Source of the DNA: Eledone cirrhosa
Taxonomy: Eukaryota
Reading direction: 5' to 3'
Assembly (NCBI GenBank): GCA_964016885.1
Contig: OZ024751.1
Span: forward strand, 21,700,001-21,764,000
Length of the DNA: 64,000 nt
Position 1 is the stretch's first letter; each line of letters opens with the position of its first letter. Positions 13,701 to 26,300 of this stretch are shown here, in pieces. A model generated the notes under the pieces. That model did not search any database. It was not told the origin of the DNA and saw only the letters and a list, made by a program, of their open reading frames with translations. Made by a program: the position numbers and the translations under genes.

Positions 13701-15048
13701 ATCACCATTGTTTAAAGGGTTGAACATGCCATCACAGACTGCTCAATAAGGAAACAACACATCATCCGGTCTGAGAATTGAACTCACAACCCTTCGATTG
13801 CAAGGCCAATGCTCTAACCACTAAGCCATGTGCCTCCATATATCCTCTACTATCCAGGTTCACTGTGGGATAGGGAACTGGGGACACACAATGATCCCGT
13901 GCTCTACCATGTGCTTTTATCAGGGCACCAACACTAGGGAAGTTGTCATGTCTTTGGCATAGCTGAAAAGTTTTCCTGATCCTATGTTCAGCAAGTTTTC
14001 TATGGCTAGAGATATATATATATATCATCATCATCATCGTTTAACGTCCATCTTCCACGCTTGCATGGGTTTGGACGGGAGTTTTCCCACTTGAGGCAAG
14101 AGTGGTTGTCTTGCTCGCATAGGACTGTCTGGCGGGTTTTCTACGGCTGGATGCCCTTCCTAACACCAACCACGTTTACAGTGTGGACTGGGAGGTTTTT
14201 ACCATGTTACCTACACGGCCACATTACAGCGTGGACTGTGTGTTTTTTTGTCGTGACACCTACACGACCTCATTTATTTCGGACTGGATGTTGTGGTACC
14301 AACATAACTTTACATTGAACGGAGTGGTGTGGATGGGGTGGAGGTAGTGGGACGCGGGTGTATTTTGTTAGAGGTGCCTACTGACTGTAGTAGGTTTTAC
14401 TTTGTACTTAGGTAAGGCGGGTCTTCTGTATTACTGTGTAGCGCCAAAGATCTCGGTCCAGTGACATTGTCTTGGAGAGGTGTAATATATATATATATAT
14501 ATAATCATCATCATCATCATCATCATCATCATTATTTAACATGTTTTTATAAGTTGGCATGGACAGATATGTATACATATATATATATATATATATATCA
14601 AATTAAAAAATGGAGTTAAAGACTCACATTCATAATATATATATATATATATATACACATACATAATTCTATTATTATAGTTCTCTATGTGTTATCAGAG
14701 AAATTTGATTCCAAGCTGTCCATGGGAATTCCTGTATGCTGATGACCTACTTCTCATAACAAAATCTATTTGAGAAAATATTCCTAATATGAAAGCAATA
14801 TCAGGAGGCCTCAACATAACTCTCGTAAAGTCAAATATTTTAGGGTTAGGAAAAAAGAAAATAGGATCCTACTACCACCTGGCAAGTAGTTAATACTTAC
14901 CATGTTGAAACGGTGTCCCTGAGAAATATATAGAAAGTAGTAGTGAGTGTAAATTATGCATGAACAAAAGACACAATGGGATCACAGGCAACACCACTGA
15001 CAGAGAAGTAGTTGATGCTATGTGACTAATTTAACTATGGTAGTGTAT

Positions 15049-15104
<56 letters not shown>

Positions 15105-15204
15105 TAAGTTATTCCGGGTTGAACCGGAGGTAACCACAGTAAATAAGGTTTTAATATAGATGAGATTCTACAGGACTAGAACTGTTTCATTCTTTAGAAA
15201 TTAA

Positions 15205-15254
<50 letters not shown>

Positions 15255-15397
15255 ATGTTATCCAACCATCACACTTAGGGATCCAGCCAGATCAGTTGGA
15301 GACGGCTGCTTCTGACAGTACCCACTGGAAGGAGTGTTTAAGGGTTTGAGGACTCTGCCACCATGACCCTCTCAGGAATAAGTGGGCAAAAGAGAAG

Positions 15398-15429
<32 letters not shown>

Positions 15430-17438
15430 CACACACACCCAGTCCAACCTGCCAGTTAGTCATTTTGGTGCCACAATAAAAAGCACCCGGTCCATGTTGT
15501 ATTTGTGATTGGCGTTAGGAAGAAGATCCAGCCATTGAAATCAAACCTGAAACAGTTCTATATAAGCAAGACATGGTCACCTGACCTGACTTGGAAAATG
15601 AACATATGATAATGATGATGAAGATGATACCTATAACACCATACATAAATCATATGTCATCATCACATCACCACTTGTCGACTACTGTCGAGATGATGGA
15701 TCTCACTCTCATGCCCCAGAGTTCCCTGTCCCCCATCGCTGCCCCCAGGTCCTGTCTACTGATTCCCGTATCCCTAGAGATAACGTCAGGGAATGACAGC
15801 TTCCTACTCCTAGTCAGGCTGGAGTCAGGGTTCCAGAAATCATATGTATTTAGCACTGATTACTACAATACATAATAAGCAATTTAAAATTAGGCAATGC
15901 CAACAGTTATATGTTCTGGTCCTAATACAAGGTTTGGGATGGTGTTTCAAGGAAATAAAATATCTTGAGTTACCAATTTCATTTTGTTTGCTCAGTGCAT
16001 ACACACACACAAATTATATATATGATCATCATCATCATCATCATTTTATGTCCACTTTTCCCTGCTTGCAAGGGTGGGACGGGAACTGATTCTGGCTTGA
16101 TTTCTACAGCTGGATGCCCTTCCTAACACCAACCTCATTTACAGTGAGTGCTGAGTGCTTTTTTTCCATGGCACCTCCATGACCACTTTGCAGTGGAATG
16201 ATATGGACCTCAGTCCCATTTCTACAGCTGAGTAAACTGGGGCAATGTGAAATAAAAGTGTCTTGCTCAACCGGTCTGAGAATTGAACTCACAACCTTTC
16301 GATTGCAAGCCCAATGCTCTAACCACTAAGACATGTGCCTCCACATATATATACACATGCACATATATATACATACACACACATATATATATACACACAC
16401 ATATATATCATCATCATCATCATCATCAACGTTTAACGTCCGTGTTCCACGCTTGCATGGGTTTGGACGGGGGTAGTCCCACTTGAGGCAAGAGTGATTG
16501 TCTTGCTCGCATAGGACTGTCTGGCAGGTTTTCTACAGTTGGATGCCCTTCCTAACACCAACCACATTTATAGTGTGGGTCTGGGAGGTTTTTACCGTGT
16601 TGCCTACACGGCCACATTACAGCGTGGACTGTGTGTTTTTTTGTCGTGACACCTACACGATCTCATTTGTGCCATATATATATATATATGTGTGTATGTG
16701 TGAGTATGTGTATATATATATATATATACACACATACTCACACACACACATATATATATTAATTTATTAAAATAACAGATTAAAGTTTAAGCAAAGAATT
16801 GCTGCTTTAACCCTTAACGGGATCTTCTGAAACTATATATATATATATAATAATAATGAAATATTGTGTACAGTGCTCAGGTGCACTACAACTCATCAAA
16901 AAGTGTATGTATAATACATAGGGTAATGTACAAACGTCAGGAAAATGAACAGTGCATGAGTCATGATATACACGTGTGCATGTGTATGGAAGGGGTACAT
17001 CAGGTGTAGTTTTGGCAAATTTCGGGAAGCATGAGGGTTTTAAAGGATGCAGTGTCTCGGCAGCTAACAACTGACGCAGGTAGTTTGTTCCATGCTTCAG
17101 CAATCTGAGCGTGAAAAAATGTTTCCGAAAGTCATGGGAGCTGTGCTGTTTTCTGATTTTGTAGGCATGTCCACGTGTGTTAGACACATGGAGATCAAAA
17201 AGGTGATCAGGGTTGTTGTTGGCGAGATGGTTAATAACTTTGTGGGTGTTTACCAAGTCAGTTGCCAGGCGTCGGAGCTTCAATGAATCCATGCCCAGGG
17301 AAGCAAGGCGTTCAGAGTATGGTAGGTGTCTGATGGTCTGATGGAGGGTATGTGCTTGGTTGCACGTCTCTGAACAGTTTCCAGGAGGTCAATGTTCTGA
17401 GCAAGATAGGGGTTCCAGACTGATGATGCGAATTCCAA

Positions 17439-17484
<46 letters not shown>

Positions 17485-18042
17485 AAAATGTAAACAGAAA
17501 TAACATACACACATATATATATATGTCTATATATCATCACCATCATTATCCAGTTTCTGATTATGCAGGACACAATTAATTACTATGTAGGGGTGGGTCC
17601 TGCCTGACAGTGCTCTTTAGTATCCCGTTCCACATGTTTCTGTCCGCTGGTCTCACTTGGGCCAGGCCAAGTCAAGCTTGATCATAACGGACATCCTCCA
17701 TCCAAGTCTTTTTTTTATCTTCCTGGGTCTCTACTGCTTCCTGGATCAACATTCAACACTTTGCTGATCCTGAGCTCGACATGGCCGTACCAACGCATGC
17801 GTCTCATGTGAAGCACATCCTCGGTGTTTTCGATCAGCAGTCATTTCAGGAGCTCAGTTGAGCTGACATATATATACATATACACACACATATATACAGG
17901 GTGTCCCACAAAAATGTATACACTTTGATTAGAACACTGTTGGGGATACCCTGTATCTCTATCCTTGGGACAGAGGATGATTAACCAACAGATTTCTAAC
18001 TTCTACCGACTGGTAAACGAATGTGTGTGTATATCTGTGTGT

Positions 18043-18104
<62 letters not shown>

Positions 18105-18499
18105 TATATGGTTGTCAAGTACAAGTACACTGTTCACTTTCCTAACGTTCTGAGTTCAAATCCACCCGAGGTTAGCTTTGCCTTTCATCCTTACGGGGAT
18201 CGATAAAACAAAGTAGCAGTAAACACTGGGGTCCATTTAATCGGCTTTCAAATTGCTTCCATTCAAATTGCTGGCCAATTATTCTACATGCACCTTTGAT
18301 GAGTTGTAGTGCACCTGAGCACTGTACACAATAATTTTCATTATTATTATATTATAAGTAACGGATTACTTGTGTGTATCTATATAAAGCCCAAAACACA
18401 CACAGAGATCAAACTCAGACGAAGAGAGTTGCCATAGTTCTAATAGTGACACAAATAAATAACTGTATCTCAGGTTGTTGGATATGGCTGAAGAAATGT

Positions 18500-18541
<42 letters not shown>

Positions 18542-18897
18542 ATAATAATAAATGTGAAGACTAAAATCCAAAGAAGGCTCGATACGGATAAATATATGTC
18601 AAATATATAAGAACCCTAGAGCAAATATTAATCCCATTAAGGGTGAAAGCTTAAATTTTAATCTGTTATTTTAATAAATATATATAATATATTTATTTAT
18701 ATATATATATATATATTTATTTATATATATAGTTCAATACAATAATCTTTGACTGATTATTTGATATACATATATATACACATACACACAGAGAGGTAAA
18801 TAGAGAGATACATATATGTGTTTGTGTGTACAAAACAGAAGTCATAAAGTTTAGACCAAGTGTCTGGTATTTATTTACCTGCACTCTTTTTGTTCAT
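4624..18897 (-). CDS. LRRC61: Leucine-rich repeat-containing protein 61-like, 8 coding exons (18879-18897, 10994-11080, 9713-9859, 8672-8732, 7679-7830, 6565-6657, 5211-5318, 4624-4700), 744 nt, 247 aa
   Basis: All junctions are GT-AG with matching phases. Translation MNKKSAAAKVTVGMLRGISGDFDLESIMILNLDGLHINEVGSLEECIALEHLILSNNDLSNLIPLSSLMNLNSLNLSNNNINSLEGLQTLENLETLDLSGNAIDSPDSLYCLTGLPKLKHLKLQ...VNPLCQENSYKNKLIEMFTTLESLDG... contains LRRs plus an LRRcap and resembles vertebrate LRRC61 (GEFSLESI, NPLC..SY). Exon 1 (19 nt) and the last exon are less certain. Confidence 0.85.
5211..5318 (-). CDS. LRRC61: LRRC61-like exon 7
   Basis: ttcaag|..LDISEIKQNLKDLEFCPSNIDFDKTETQEAENHLK|gtggtc (weak donor). 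Confidence 0.75.
5961..6150 (+). mobile_element. Second tRNA-derived SINE family with Meta-like central domain
   Basis: A/B boxes, then GCCTTTCATCCTTACGGGGTCGATAAAATAAAGTACCAG and tail GGCCTTGTGCCTAAAGTAGAAACAATTATT. Other copies at ~3884-4000, 8150-8290 and 18145-18240 (+), and ~19175-19330, 21020-21200, 26820-26900, 35230-35380, 36330-37062 (several), 42810-43015, 45325-46010 and 54731-54916 (-). Confidence 0.75.
6290..6555. repeat. (GAT/GGT)n compound microsatellite with higher-order repeats
   Basis: gggtggattctgatggtgat units. Confidence 0.85.
6565..6657 (-). CDS. LRRC61: LRRC61-like exon 6
   Basis: ccacag|..NVLYGACKELNQIVEELDSIIIDNSQEAVK|gtaagt. Confidence 0.82.
6741..6946. mobile_element. 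~200-bp piggyBac-like MITE with TTAA target duplication
   Basis: TTAA-CCCTTTAACATT...AATGTTAAAGGG-TTAA. Copies at 40415-40615, 48036-48237, 48565-48782 and 55320-55536; degenerate copies at 1709-1915, 20192-20382 and 27790-28003. Confidence 0.8.
7128..7548 (-). mobile_element. CORE-like SINE copy
   Basis: Same head and core; variant tail. Confidence 0.8.
7679..7830 (-). CDS. LRRC61: LRRC61-like exon 5 (LRRcap)
   Basis: cttcag|..PDSLYCLTGLPKLKHLKL..NPLCQENSY..LESLD|gtaaga. Confidence 0.9.
8672..8732 (-). CDS. LRRC61: LRRC61-like exon 4
   Basis: taatag|..GLQTLENLETLDLSGNAID..|gtaagt. Confidence 0.9.
9713..9859 (-). CDS. LRRC61: LRRC61-like exon 3 (LRRs)
   Basis: ttccag|..INEVGSLEECIALEHLILSNNDL..NLSNNNINSL|gtgagt. 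Confidence 0.9.
10618..10960 (-). mobile_element. tRNA-derived CORE-like SINE (octopus OR-type) with RTE-like (GAT)n tail
   Basis: A box TGGCTTAGTGG, B box GAGTTCAATTC, CORE-like CTTGAGCAAGACACTT..CAGTTTACTCAGCTGTAGAAATG, tail GGAAAAGCGGACGTAAAATGATGATG. Near-identical copies at 7128-7548, 16025-16342, 49029-49366, 51505-51800 and 55738-56023 (all -), and a head-only copy at 13750-13838. Confidence 0.85.
10994..11080 (-). CDS. LRRC61: LRRC61-like exon 2
   Basis: cttcag|..AKVTVGMLRGISGDFDLESIMILNLDGL..|gtgagt. Confidence 0.9.
11770..12490 (-). mobile_element. 5'-truncated RTE-clade LINE: RT C-terminus plus 3' UTR
   Basis: RNEACMLRWMC..ELREKLGIRGI..RRLRWYGHVMRM..GVGRPRKTWDD; ends in (GAT)n. 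Confidence 0.85.
12959..13308 (+). mobile_element. Same CORE-like SINE family, + orientation
   Basis: Near-identical reverse complement of 10618-10960. Confidence 0.85.
16025..16342 (-). mobile_element. CORE-like SINE copy
   Basis: Same family, small internal deletions. Confidence 0.8.
16850..17441 (-). mobile_element. CR1/L2-like LINE 3' fragment (frameshifted)
   Basis: [58 protein letters not shown]; 3' end GTGCACCTGAGCACTGTACACAAT(ATT)n. Shorter copies at ~1215-1590, 18283-18355 and 45490-45750 (+). Confidence 0.82.
17897..17953. mobile_element. 57-bp Tc1/mariner-type miniature element
   Basis: TA-CAGGGTGTCCC...GGGATACCCTG-TA: 11-bp TIR with one mismatch and TA target duplication. Confidence 0.65.
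18879..18897 (-). CDS. LRRC61: LRRC61-like exon 1 (MNKKSA)
   Basis: ATG AAC AAA AAG AGT GCA G|gtaaat; phase 1 matches exon 2. Confidence 0.6.
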
Positions 18898-19699
18898 ATT
18901 GGTGATGACGCAATCATTCCAGCTCGAATGTGTGTTTATGTTCGTTCAAATTCGATTAAATCAGTTGTTTACATTGCCATTTTGAAAATCGGAATTTCTC
19001 TCTCCCCCTCTCTTATCTCAGTATCTTTTTCTCACACAGTTCCCCCTCCCCTCTCTCACCGTTTTTCTCTCTGGCGCTCTTCTATCAAGGGAAATCATAA
19101 ATCTCCGATGTGAAGTGAAAACTTGAAAGTAACTAACGGGACAAATTATTTTCAGTTGTCCTGTCTTAATTTTGGCGCAAGGCCAGCAAAATACACAGTG
19201 CATTAATGGTACTTTATTTTATCGACCTAGTAAGGATGAAAGGCAAAGTTAACCTCGGCGGGATTCGAACTCAGAATGGTAAGGGCCGTAACTCTGTGCG
19301 TCTGACCCTCTACCGATACTGCCAATTCCCCTAACCATTGTTATGTTACTTTCATCATTTTAGATTTTTTATTTTATTAATATTTGTTGACTAAAACAGT
19401 TTAACAAAATCTGTGAATTAAAGATAAGTTTGTATGTCTCGCACATTTCGGGATAAGGCCATTCGGTGAAAATATATATATATGTATATATATCCAGGGA
19501 GTGTAACTTGGAGTTACTGTAGCTTCATCCGGGTGAGCACTCGATGTTTAGGTTCACTTCAGTGTCGAAGTGTAGAGCTATACAGAATATATTATAGTTA
19601 AATAAGATAACAAGGACGATTGGTTACTCCTTGTTATCTTATTTAACAATATATAGATACATTTTTTTTTGGGGGGGGGGGGGGGGGGGATTGTAGCTT

Positions 19700-20115
19700 G
19701 CTAACTTGTTTGTCAGGCAACGAAACTTGGGTTTGGTGCAGAATACACCACGTTGCCGCTGGAAAAAGTGTCACTATGTTACATCCCAGGTAAAGGGCTT
19801 ACGAGCTGGCTTTTTGCCGTCCTGTAGGTCTAATCCGACCGGCTTGAGTTGTGAAGGGAAGCCGGCGGTGTCCAAGCTACGTTTAATGATCTCATTGAGA
19901 TTGGCATAGCATAGCATTGGATGAGAGGCGACGGGCAGTGACGGCATGCGAGTGGGTGAAGGCCGAACGCGTCCACCATAAATCCACGATATTTTTGTGT
20001 GGCTCACAGATGTGAAGGAGCGAGTGAGCCTCAAGGAGATACTGTTGCATTAAGTCATTGTTCAGCTAAGTACCAGTTGATACTCCTAGCTTGGAAGGCA
20101 GTGGAGACATGCCCG
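19700..20115 (-). mobile_element. Degenerate CRE-clade non-LTR retrotransposon fragment (zinc knuckle plus RLE endonuclease region)
   Basis: Across frames: SLRL..ICEPH..VDAFGLHPLAC..NLNEIIKRSLDTAGFPSQLKPVGLDLQDGKKP..FTWDVT..DTF. Confidence 0.65.
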
Positions 20116-21019
20116 ATGGGGTTGGTCAACTAACGAACAACCATACACACTTTTCCATACAACTTACATTTTCAGCCTACTTATTTCCCACGTTTAACCT
20201 TTTACCATTTACATTACTCTATATTTACTATTGTATTTTTGTGGTAAAGACTTTACCTCATATAATATCAAAATCTATGAGATTTTGATGTTATTTATTT
20301 TGAGAACAATACCTTAACATCAGTATGAGTGGCCAGTTACAGCCGGTTTGAACAGAAAGAGGTAAAATGCCAAACGGTTAACCTCTCTGGTGACAACCCG
20401 CATAACCCATGCAAACATGGAAAATAGACGTCAACCAGTGATGATGATATAATGGCTTCAACATCTCTATAATTCCATTCGCAGGGGTGCGTGTATGTAT
20501 ATATATATATATATATATATTGCCACAACAAAAGCACTCAAGTCACATAGTAAGATGGTCATGCTGGTGACACGACAAAAAACACCCAGTTCACACTGTA
20601 ACGTGCTTAGTGCTAGGAAGGGCATCCATATGAGCATGACATGGTTTCCAGACCATGATTCGTTTTATAATGCGACAAAATGCTTAACCCATGCAAGTGT
20701 GGAAAAATGGATGTTAAACAACAATAATGATGATGATAGTATGTGTGTACAAATAAATAAATCAATAAACCAAACTTGAAATAGACTGGCTTTTATTTAA
20801 GGGAGGTTTTAGGGGGAGGATGGTGTATGATTCTGTCTCTCACTCTCTCTTTCCAAAATAATACATTTAAATCATTGTCCTGGCTGAGATTCTTCAGTTT
20901 AACAAAACAAGTCGTGTTCTACCTTTTTTGTTGTTGTTGATTTTAACAATCAGTTACTTCATCACTTTATATAGAATGTGTCTATCTGTTGTAAAGTTTA
21001 GAATGTATGATATATAATA

Positions 21020-21200
21020 ATAATTGTTTCTACTTTAGGCACAAGGCCAGCAATTACCCAGTGCATTACTGGTACTTTATTTTATCGACCCCGTAAGGAT
21101 GAAAGGCAAAGTCAACTTCGGCAGGATTTGAACTCAGATCGTAAAGGGACGTAACTATGCTTGAAAGCATGGCGTCTGACCCTCTACCGATACTGCCAAT
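21020..21200 (-). mobile_element. Meta-like SINE copy
   Basis: Reverse complement of 5961-6150. Confidence 0.75.
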
Positions 21201-21293
21201 AATAACAATAATATATTCATACATATCCACACATACATACGCATATATACATTAAAAGCATGAGGAAAATGAATAAGACAATGATTATGCATA

Positions 21294-21348
<55 letters not shown>

Positions 21349-23299
21349 TTGCACACTCTATATTTGTGTAATTTGCCTAAAGACAACTTGTCTCTACCTG
21401 TTTTTCTATGTCCCAATGTACACTGGAATGAACGGTATGACCTTAATGTACTGAAACCATAGTGATTTCCAGAGGTTGACTGAGATGGGACTGTCCGTCT
21501 TTCCGTTGTTTTTTTTTCCATTGTCTTTGTCCTGTGTGCTCCCTATGTTGATATATATATGTATATACACACATATATATATGTGTGCGTACATATGCTC
21601 TTTAGCTTTTAGCCATGATGCCTAGGACCATGCTGGAGCACTCTGTTGTTCCCCACATTCCAGACAGGGTCAATACTTCCATAAAAATGCCTAATAAATT
21701 GACACACACATATATAAAAGGTATTAGTCAGCTTGAAACTATAGAAATACCCTTCCTAAAGTGTCATACAATGGAATCGAATCCAAAGCCATGAGATAGC
21801 AAGGTCGACATCTTAACCACAGAGCCACACCTGCTATATAGTATATAAATATATTTACATATAATTATGCCTGGATTCCCAGTTTCAAATGGTACTCTAT
21901 TGGTAGAGTATAGGGGCACTTCTTTATTTCATAAATACTTCCGTTCTCACTATAACCATACACAAGTTGAATCCTTCAGGTGAAATGCGTGTTCTCAAGT
22001 AAGGTTTGCTAATTTATACATACATATAAGGAGGAGCCTTCAGTTGGGTTAAGATATGGCAATCTTCCTAGTGTTGGTGAACATTCAGCCATAGAAAGCT
22101 TACCAAACAAATGGTTGAGAGGCCCTTTCAGTTATGTCAAAATATGACAGCCTCTCTTGTGCCACAATAAAATACACTTGGTAGAGCATGGAACCCTATG
22201 CAAGCATGATACAGGCTCCCTGCCTGTCGTGGAGGTCAGTAGACCCGCTTCAGTACTGACTCAGTCTGTGATGACCCGTCTAACCCATGTTAGCTAAACA
22301 ATGATTATGATGATACATATATATGTGTGTGTGTATATATATATACATACATATGTGTGTGTACAGAAAAAATAAAGATAGACCTTATTTTAGTGATAAT
22401 GGATAGCAATAAAACAAATTTATATAATGAAAAGGATAAAATTCAGGAGTTTTTGGGGTTTTTTTAAGTTGTTAAAAATTAGAAGAGAGAATCACAATAT
22501 GTTCTGCAAGAAGAGAGAAACTGAAGTATAATTTAGGGTGAACATTTGGATGTAAAATGTCAGAGGTCAAATGTCACAAATAGATAAGATGACATTATTT
22601 TAGTTTTAGAGGTATTTCATATGCACACATACACACAGGTTCACACATGCATCCATACATAGACATACACACATATGGAGACTCACACTCATGTATCCAT
22701 ATACAGGCATGCATACATACACAGAAGTTCATACACACACACATGCATATAGGTTCATCGTATGTCATAAAGAAAGCCAGTTCCATGAAAGTCTGAGTGG
22801 TATATATTCCAAAGTCAGCTGCAAAAAGTAATTTTTATTATTTGCAGTTGTTATTCTTGCTGTTCTTGTTGTAGTATTTATTGTATTTGGAGTTGTTGTT
22901 GTTCACCATATGAAGAAAGGAACTGTTTGAAGACAATAAAACAACAACAACTACTAAATACCGAAAAGAGAAAAAAAAAACGAAGAAGCCAACCTGTTTT
23001 TTCCTTCTTTCCCTCCCCCCATATTGTCACCAAATTCTCAAGGTAGTTGGAATAAGGTGAAAAGGGGTATAATAATGGAAAAAAAAAATAAAATAAAAAA
23101 AAAAATTTTATTTAAAAATATTTTCAGATTTCATTCATTTTTTTGTGCCATATATATATTTTGTTTTCATTTTGTATTGTCAATGTTGAAGCAGAGTAGA
23201 TTATTGTCTTTGATTTAGTTGTATTTGTTATAGTAGTAGTAGTTGTTGTTGTAGCTGTTGTTGTTGTAATAGTAGTTGTAGTTCTTTTTGTTAAAATGT

Positions 23300-23360
23300 T
23301 TACCGGAAGAGGCGAGCAAATTCTTTCACAGCATTGCACACTTGCTTTACAGATTCCGCA
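23300..23360 (-). CDS. TNPO3: TNPO3 terminal exon
   Basis: [19 protein letters not shown]. Confidence 0.94.
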
Positions 23361-26300
23361 CTATAAATTGAGGAGGAGAAAAAATGTAAAACAGTAAATG
23401 GAATTATGATGGTAAAACAAAATCATAGATGAGATAGAAATAGAGGAAAAAAATTTACATAGCAGAGGCATAATAATGATTTAACCCTTTAGCCAAAACC
23501 TTCTCTGGTTCTACGAAATGAAGCCACCTATTTTAAAGGTTTCCAATTAAAGTTAAAATCCTCCAACATAATTTTATATAAGAACCTTAGATTAACTTAC
23601 TATCTTAGTAATGAAATAATTAATAATTCTAGTAAATCCCTCAAAATACTTCATTAATTAAATAAAATAGAGTGTATTTCATTAGAAATGTGGTCATAAA
23701 AGGGTTAAACCTTTCACAAATGGGTTCTCCCTACAAATGAAAAAGGTTGTCAAACCCATGAAGACGACGATTATAATGATGAGTGAGAGCCAGGAGAAGA
23801 GGAGATTAATTAATGAAATAATTGACAATGAAATTAATGAAATATTGACAATGAAATTAATGAAATAATTGACATCTTACCTTGTAACAGCTTTATGAAA
23901 TTCTGTAAGCTGAGAATGAGTAGCTGTAACAGTGCCCCCACTGCTCTCGGTCGGTAGAGATTTTAATGTAACTTCAAGCCACTGACAGAATGTCTGCAAC
24001 AAGAAAACAAACAAAAATAAAAATATAATGTTTCACAGATACAGAGATGGCTGTGTAAAGGAGTTTGCTCAGCAGCCACACAGTTCTGGGTGTATTGCCG
24101 CTGTTCAACAATTTGGGCATATATGTTCTACTATAATTTCTGGTTGAGTGGAATTTGATAGATGATAACTGCAGAAGCTCATCATTATTCAACTTAGTAC
24201 TCTATACTTTAAGGATAGTAGTGTGTGTGTGTGTGTTTATATCTATATATATCTCTCTCTCTATATATATATATACCATCATCATCTCTGTTTAATGTTC
24301 ATTTTTCCGTGCTAGCATGGGTTAGACAAGCCAGGAGAGTTGACCATGTCTTGCTCATACAGAACTGATTCTGACTCGACTTCTATGGTTGGATGCCCTT
24401 CCTAATCCCAACCACGTATTTATCAAGTTCCCATAACTGGTCCAGCCAGTCATTGAGATGCCACTCTAGATGTTTGATTGTGTTCAACTTGGCATTCCAA
24501 TGAGATGGTGCCCATCTCTTCTTCAAGATATATGTGTGTGTGTGAGGAGCAAGACACAGTCAACTGTCTTGACTTGTCTCACAATGGGATAACTTGTCTA
24601 ACCCATGCTAGCATGGAAAATGAACGTTAAATGGTGATTATATATATATGTGTGTGTGTATGTATATGAGTTTATCCGAGTCTATGTTTATATTTGCGTT
24701 TGTATTATAGATTGTCCCTTAACATAGCAGTTCGAAAAAAAAATGCAGAATAAAATTAGTACTGAGGTTGATATAATTGATGAAACCAAGCCAGTGCTCC
24801 AGCATGGTAGTTGTCTCAGGATTGAAACCAGTCAATGAATATACCAACAACAACAATAAAAAAAGGAACTAAATAATATAAAGAAACTGACCGGTCTATC
24901 AAGTAGCATAAGTTCATAGATCACATCAGCAACATCCGATACCATGTAGGTAGGAAGACAGTAGACAGCTGTATTGAGGAGAGAGTGTACTAACGTTTGA
25001 CCGTGTTCTCGTAGCAGTTCTTCAACTAATGTGCGTCGGGTTTCAAAGTCATCTTTATGCTACAAAAGGATATCATTTAGTAAATATGTAAAAAATTTGC
25101 AAAAGGATATCATTTAATAAATATGTAAAAAATTTGTGATATCAGGTTATCACACTACACACACACACTCATTACACTACATATACACACATTTTTTTTT
25201 AATGAATCAACAAGAATCCAGACCTCACTCGCTTACTAAGTGAGGTGGAACTTGTCAGATCAAACCAAGGAAACACTGTCACTAGATGCTTCAAAGCACT
25301 TTGTCTGGTGCTCCAACGATTCTGTAAACAATGGTAAGAATGAAAATTAAAATGAAAGATTTTCAGTAAAATGATGTGACTTACTTCTTTTGCAGTTGCA
25401 CAATTAATTAAATCTTCTAGAAACTTCATTACAGAAGCATTAGCATCCCTGTGGTCAAGGGAACAGGCTGCTATTGAACAGCAGAGAATAGCTTTAGAGA
25501 TCTGACACTGGAGAAAGGCAACAGGTGCCCGCTGGACAAACCTAAACAACAATGAAGAAATAGGTTTTGAAATCAAATTTAAAACAGTTTGGGAATAATT
25601 AGAAATGAAACAGAGACAAGTAGTTAGCTATGAATGAGCCAACAAAGGAGCCTGTATGTGGTAGCTTGACCTGCCAGAAATAAGAGCCACATCTCCCTCA
25701 AATTGCAACACCTCCCTCTACTTCTTTCTTGTCATAAATTTACAGCCACTTTCCAGGCCTTGATAGGCTGGATGGTTACTACGGCTCAAGTTATTTGGAG
25801 GACCATGTCTTGCTCATATGTTCCAAACTATTGCATTAAATAAGGGAAAAAAACAACAACAGCAAAAAAACATTGGATAATATAGTCATAGACATGCTAT
25901 CTAAAATGACGGGGTGGTCATAGTTGGAACGCTTTTGATCATAAGTCTACTTAATCAGGTTCTCTATTGGTACAGGAAAGAAGTCAAGAGGACATCCCAA
26001 GATAAACTGGCTGCAGACAATCAACAGAGACATGAAACCCATCAACAAAAGTTGGAATGATGTATTGATAGATGCAACTAACCATGGTCATTAGAGCTCT
26101 TTGGCTGCCTCATGCATCTCAAGACACAGAAGCTTCTAAGTCTAAGTCTACTTAATCAGGGTTAACCTGGAGTGATTAAACAAAAACAACACAATCATCT
26201 AGCTATAGCATGAAAGGCAAAATTGACATCAGTAGGCTTTGAACTCAAAAGTACAGAAAGACGGAACAAATACCAAGAGGGATTTAATGAGGCTCTCTTA

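Noticed and set aside
15165-15205. Possible hammerhead 3' half (gaaacagttctagt on the minus strand)
   Set aside because: No CUGANGA half; truncated by (TA)n; too short to support
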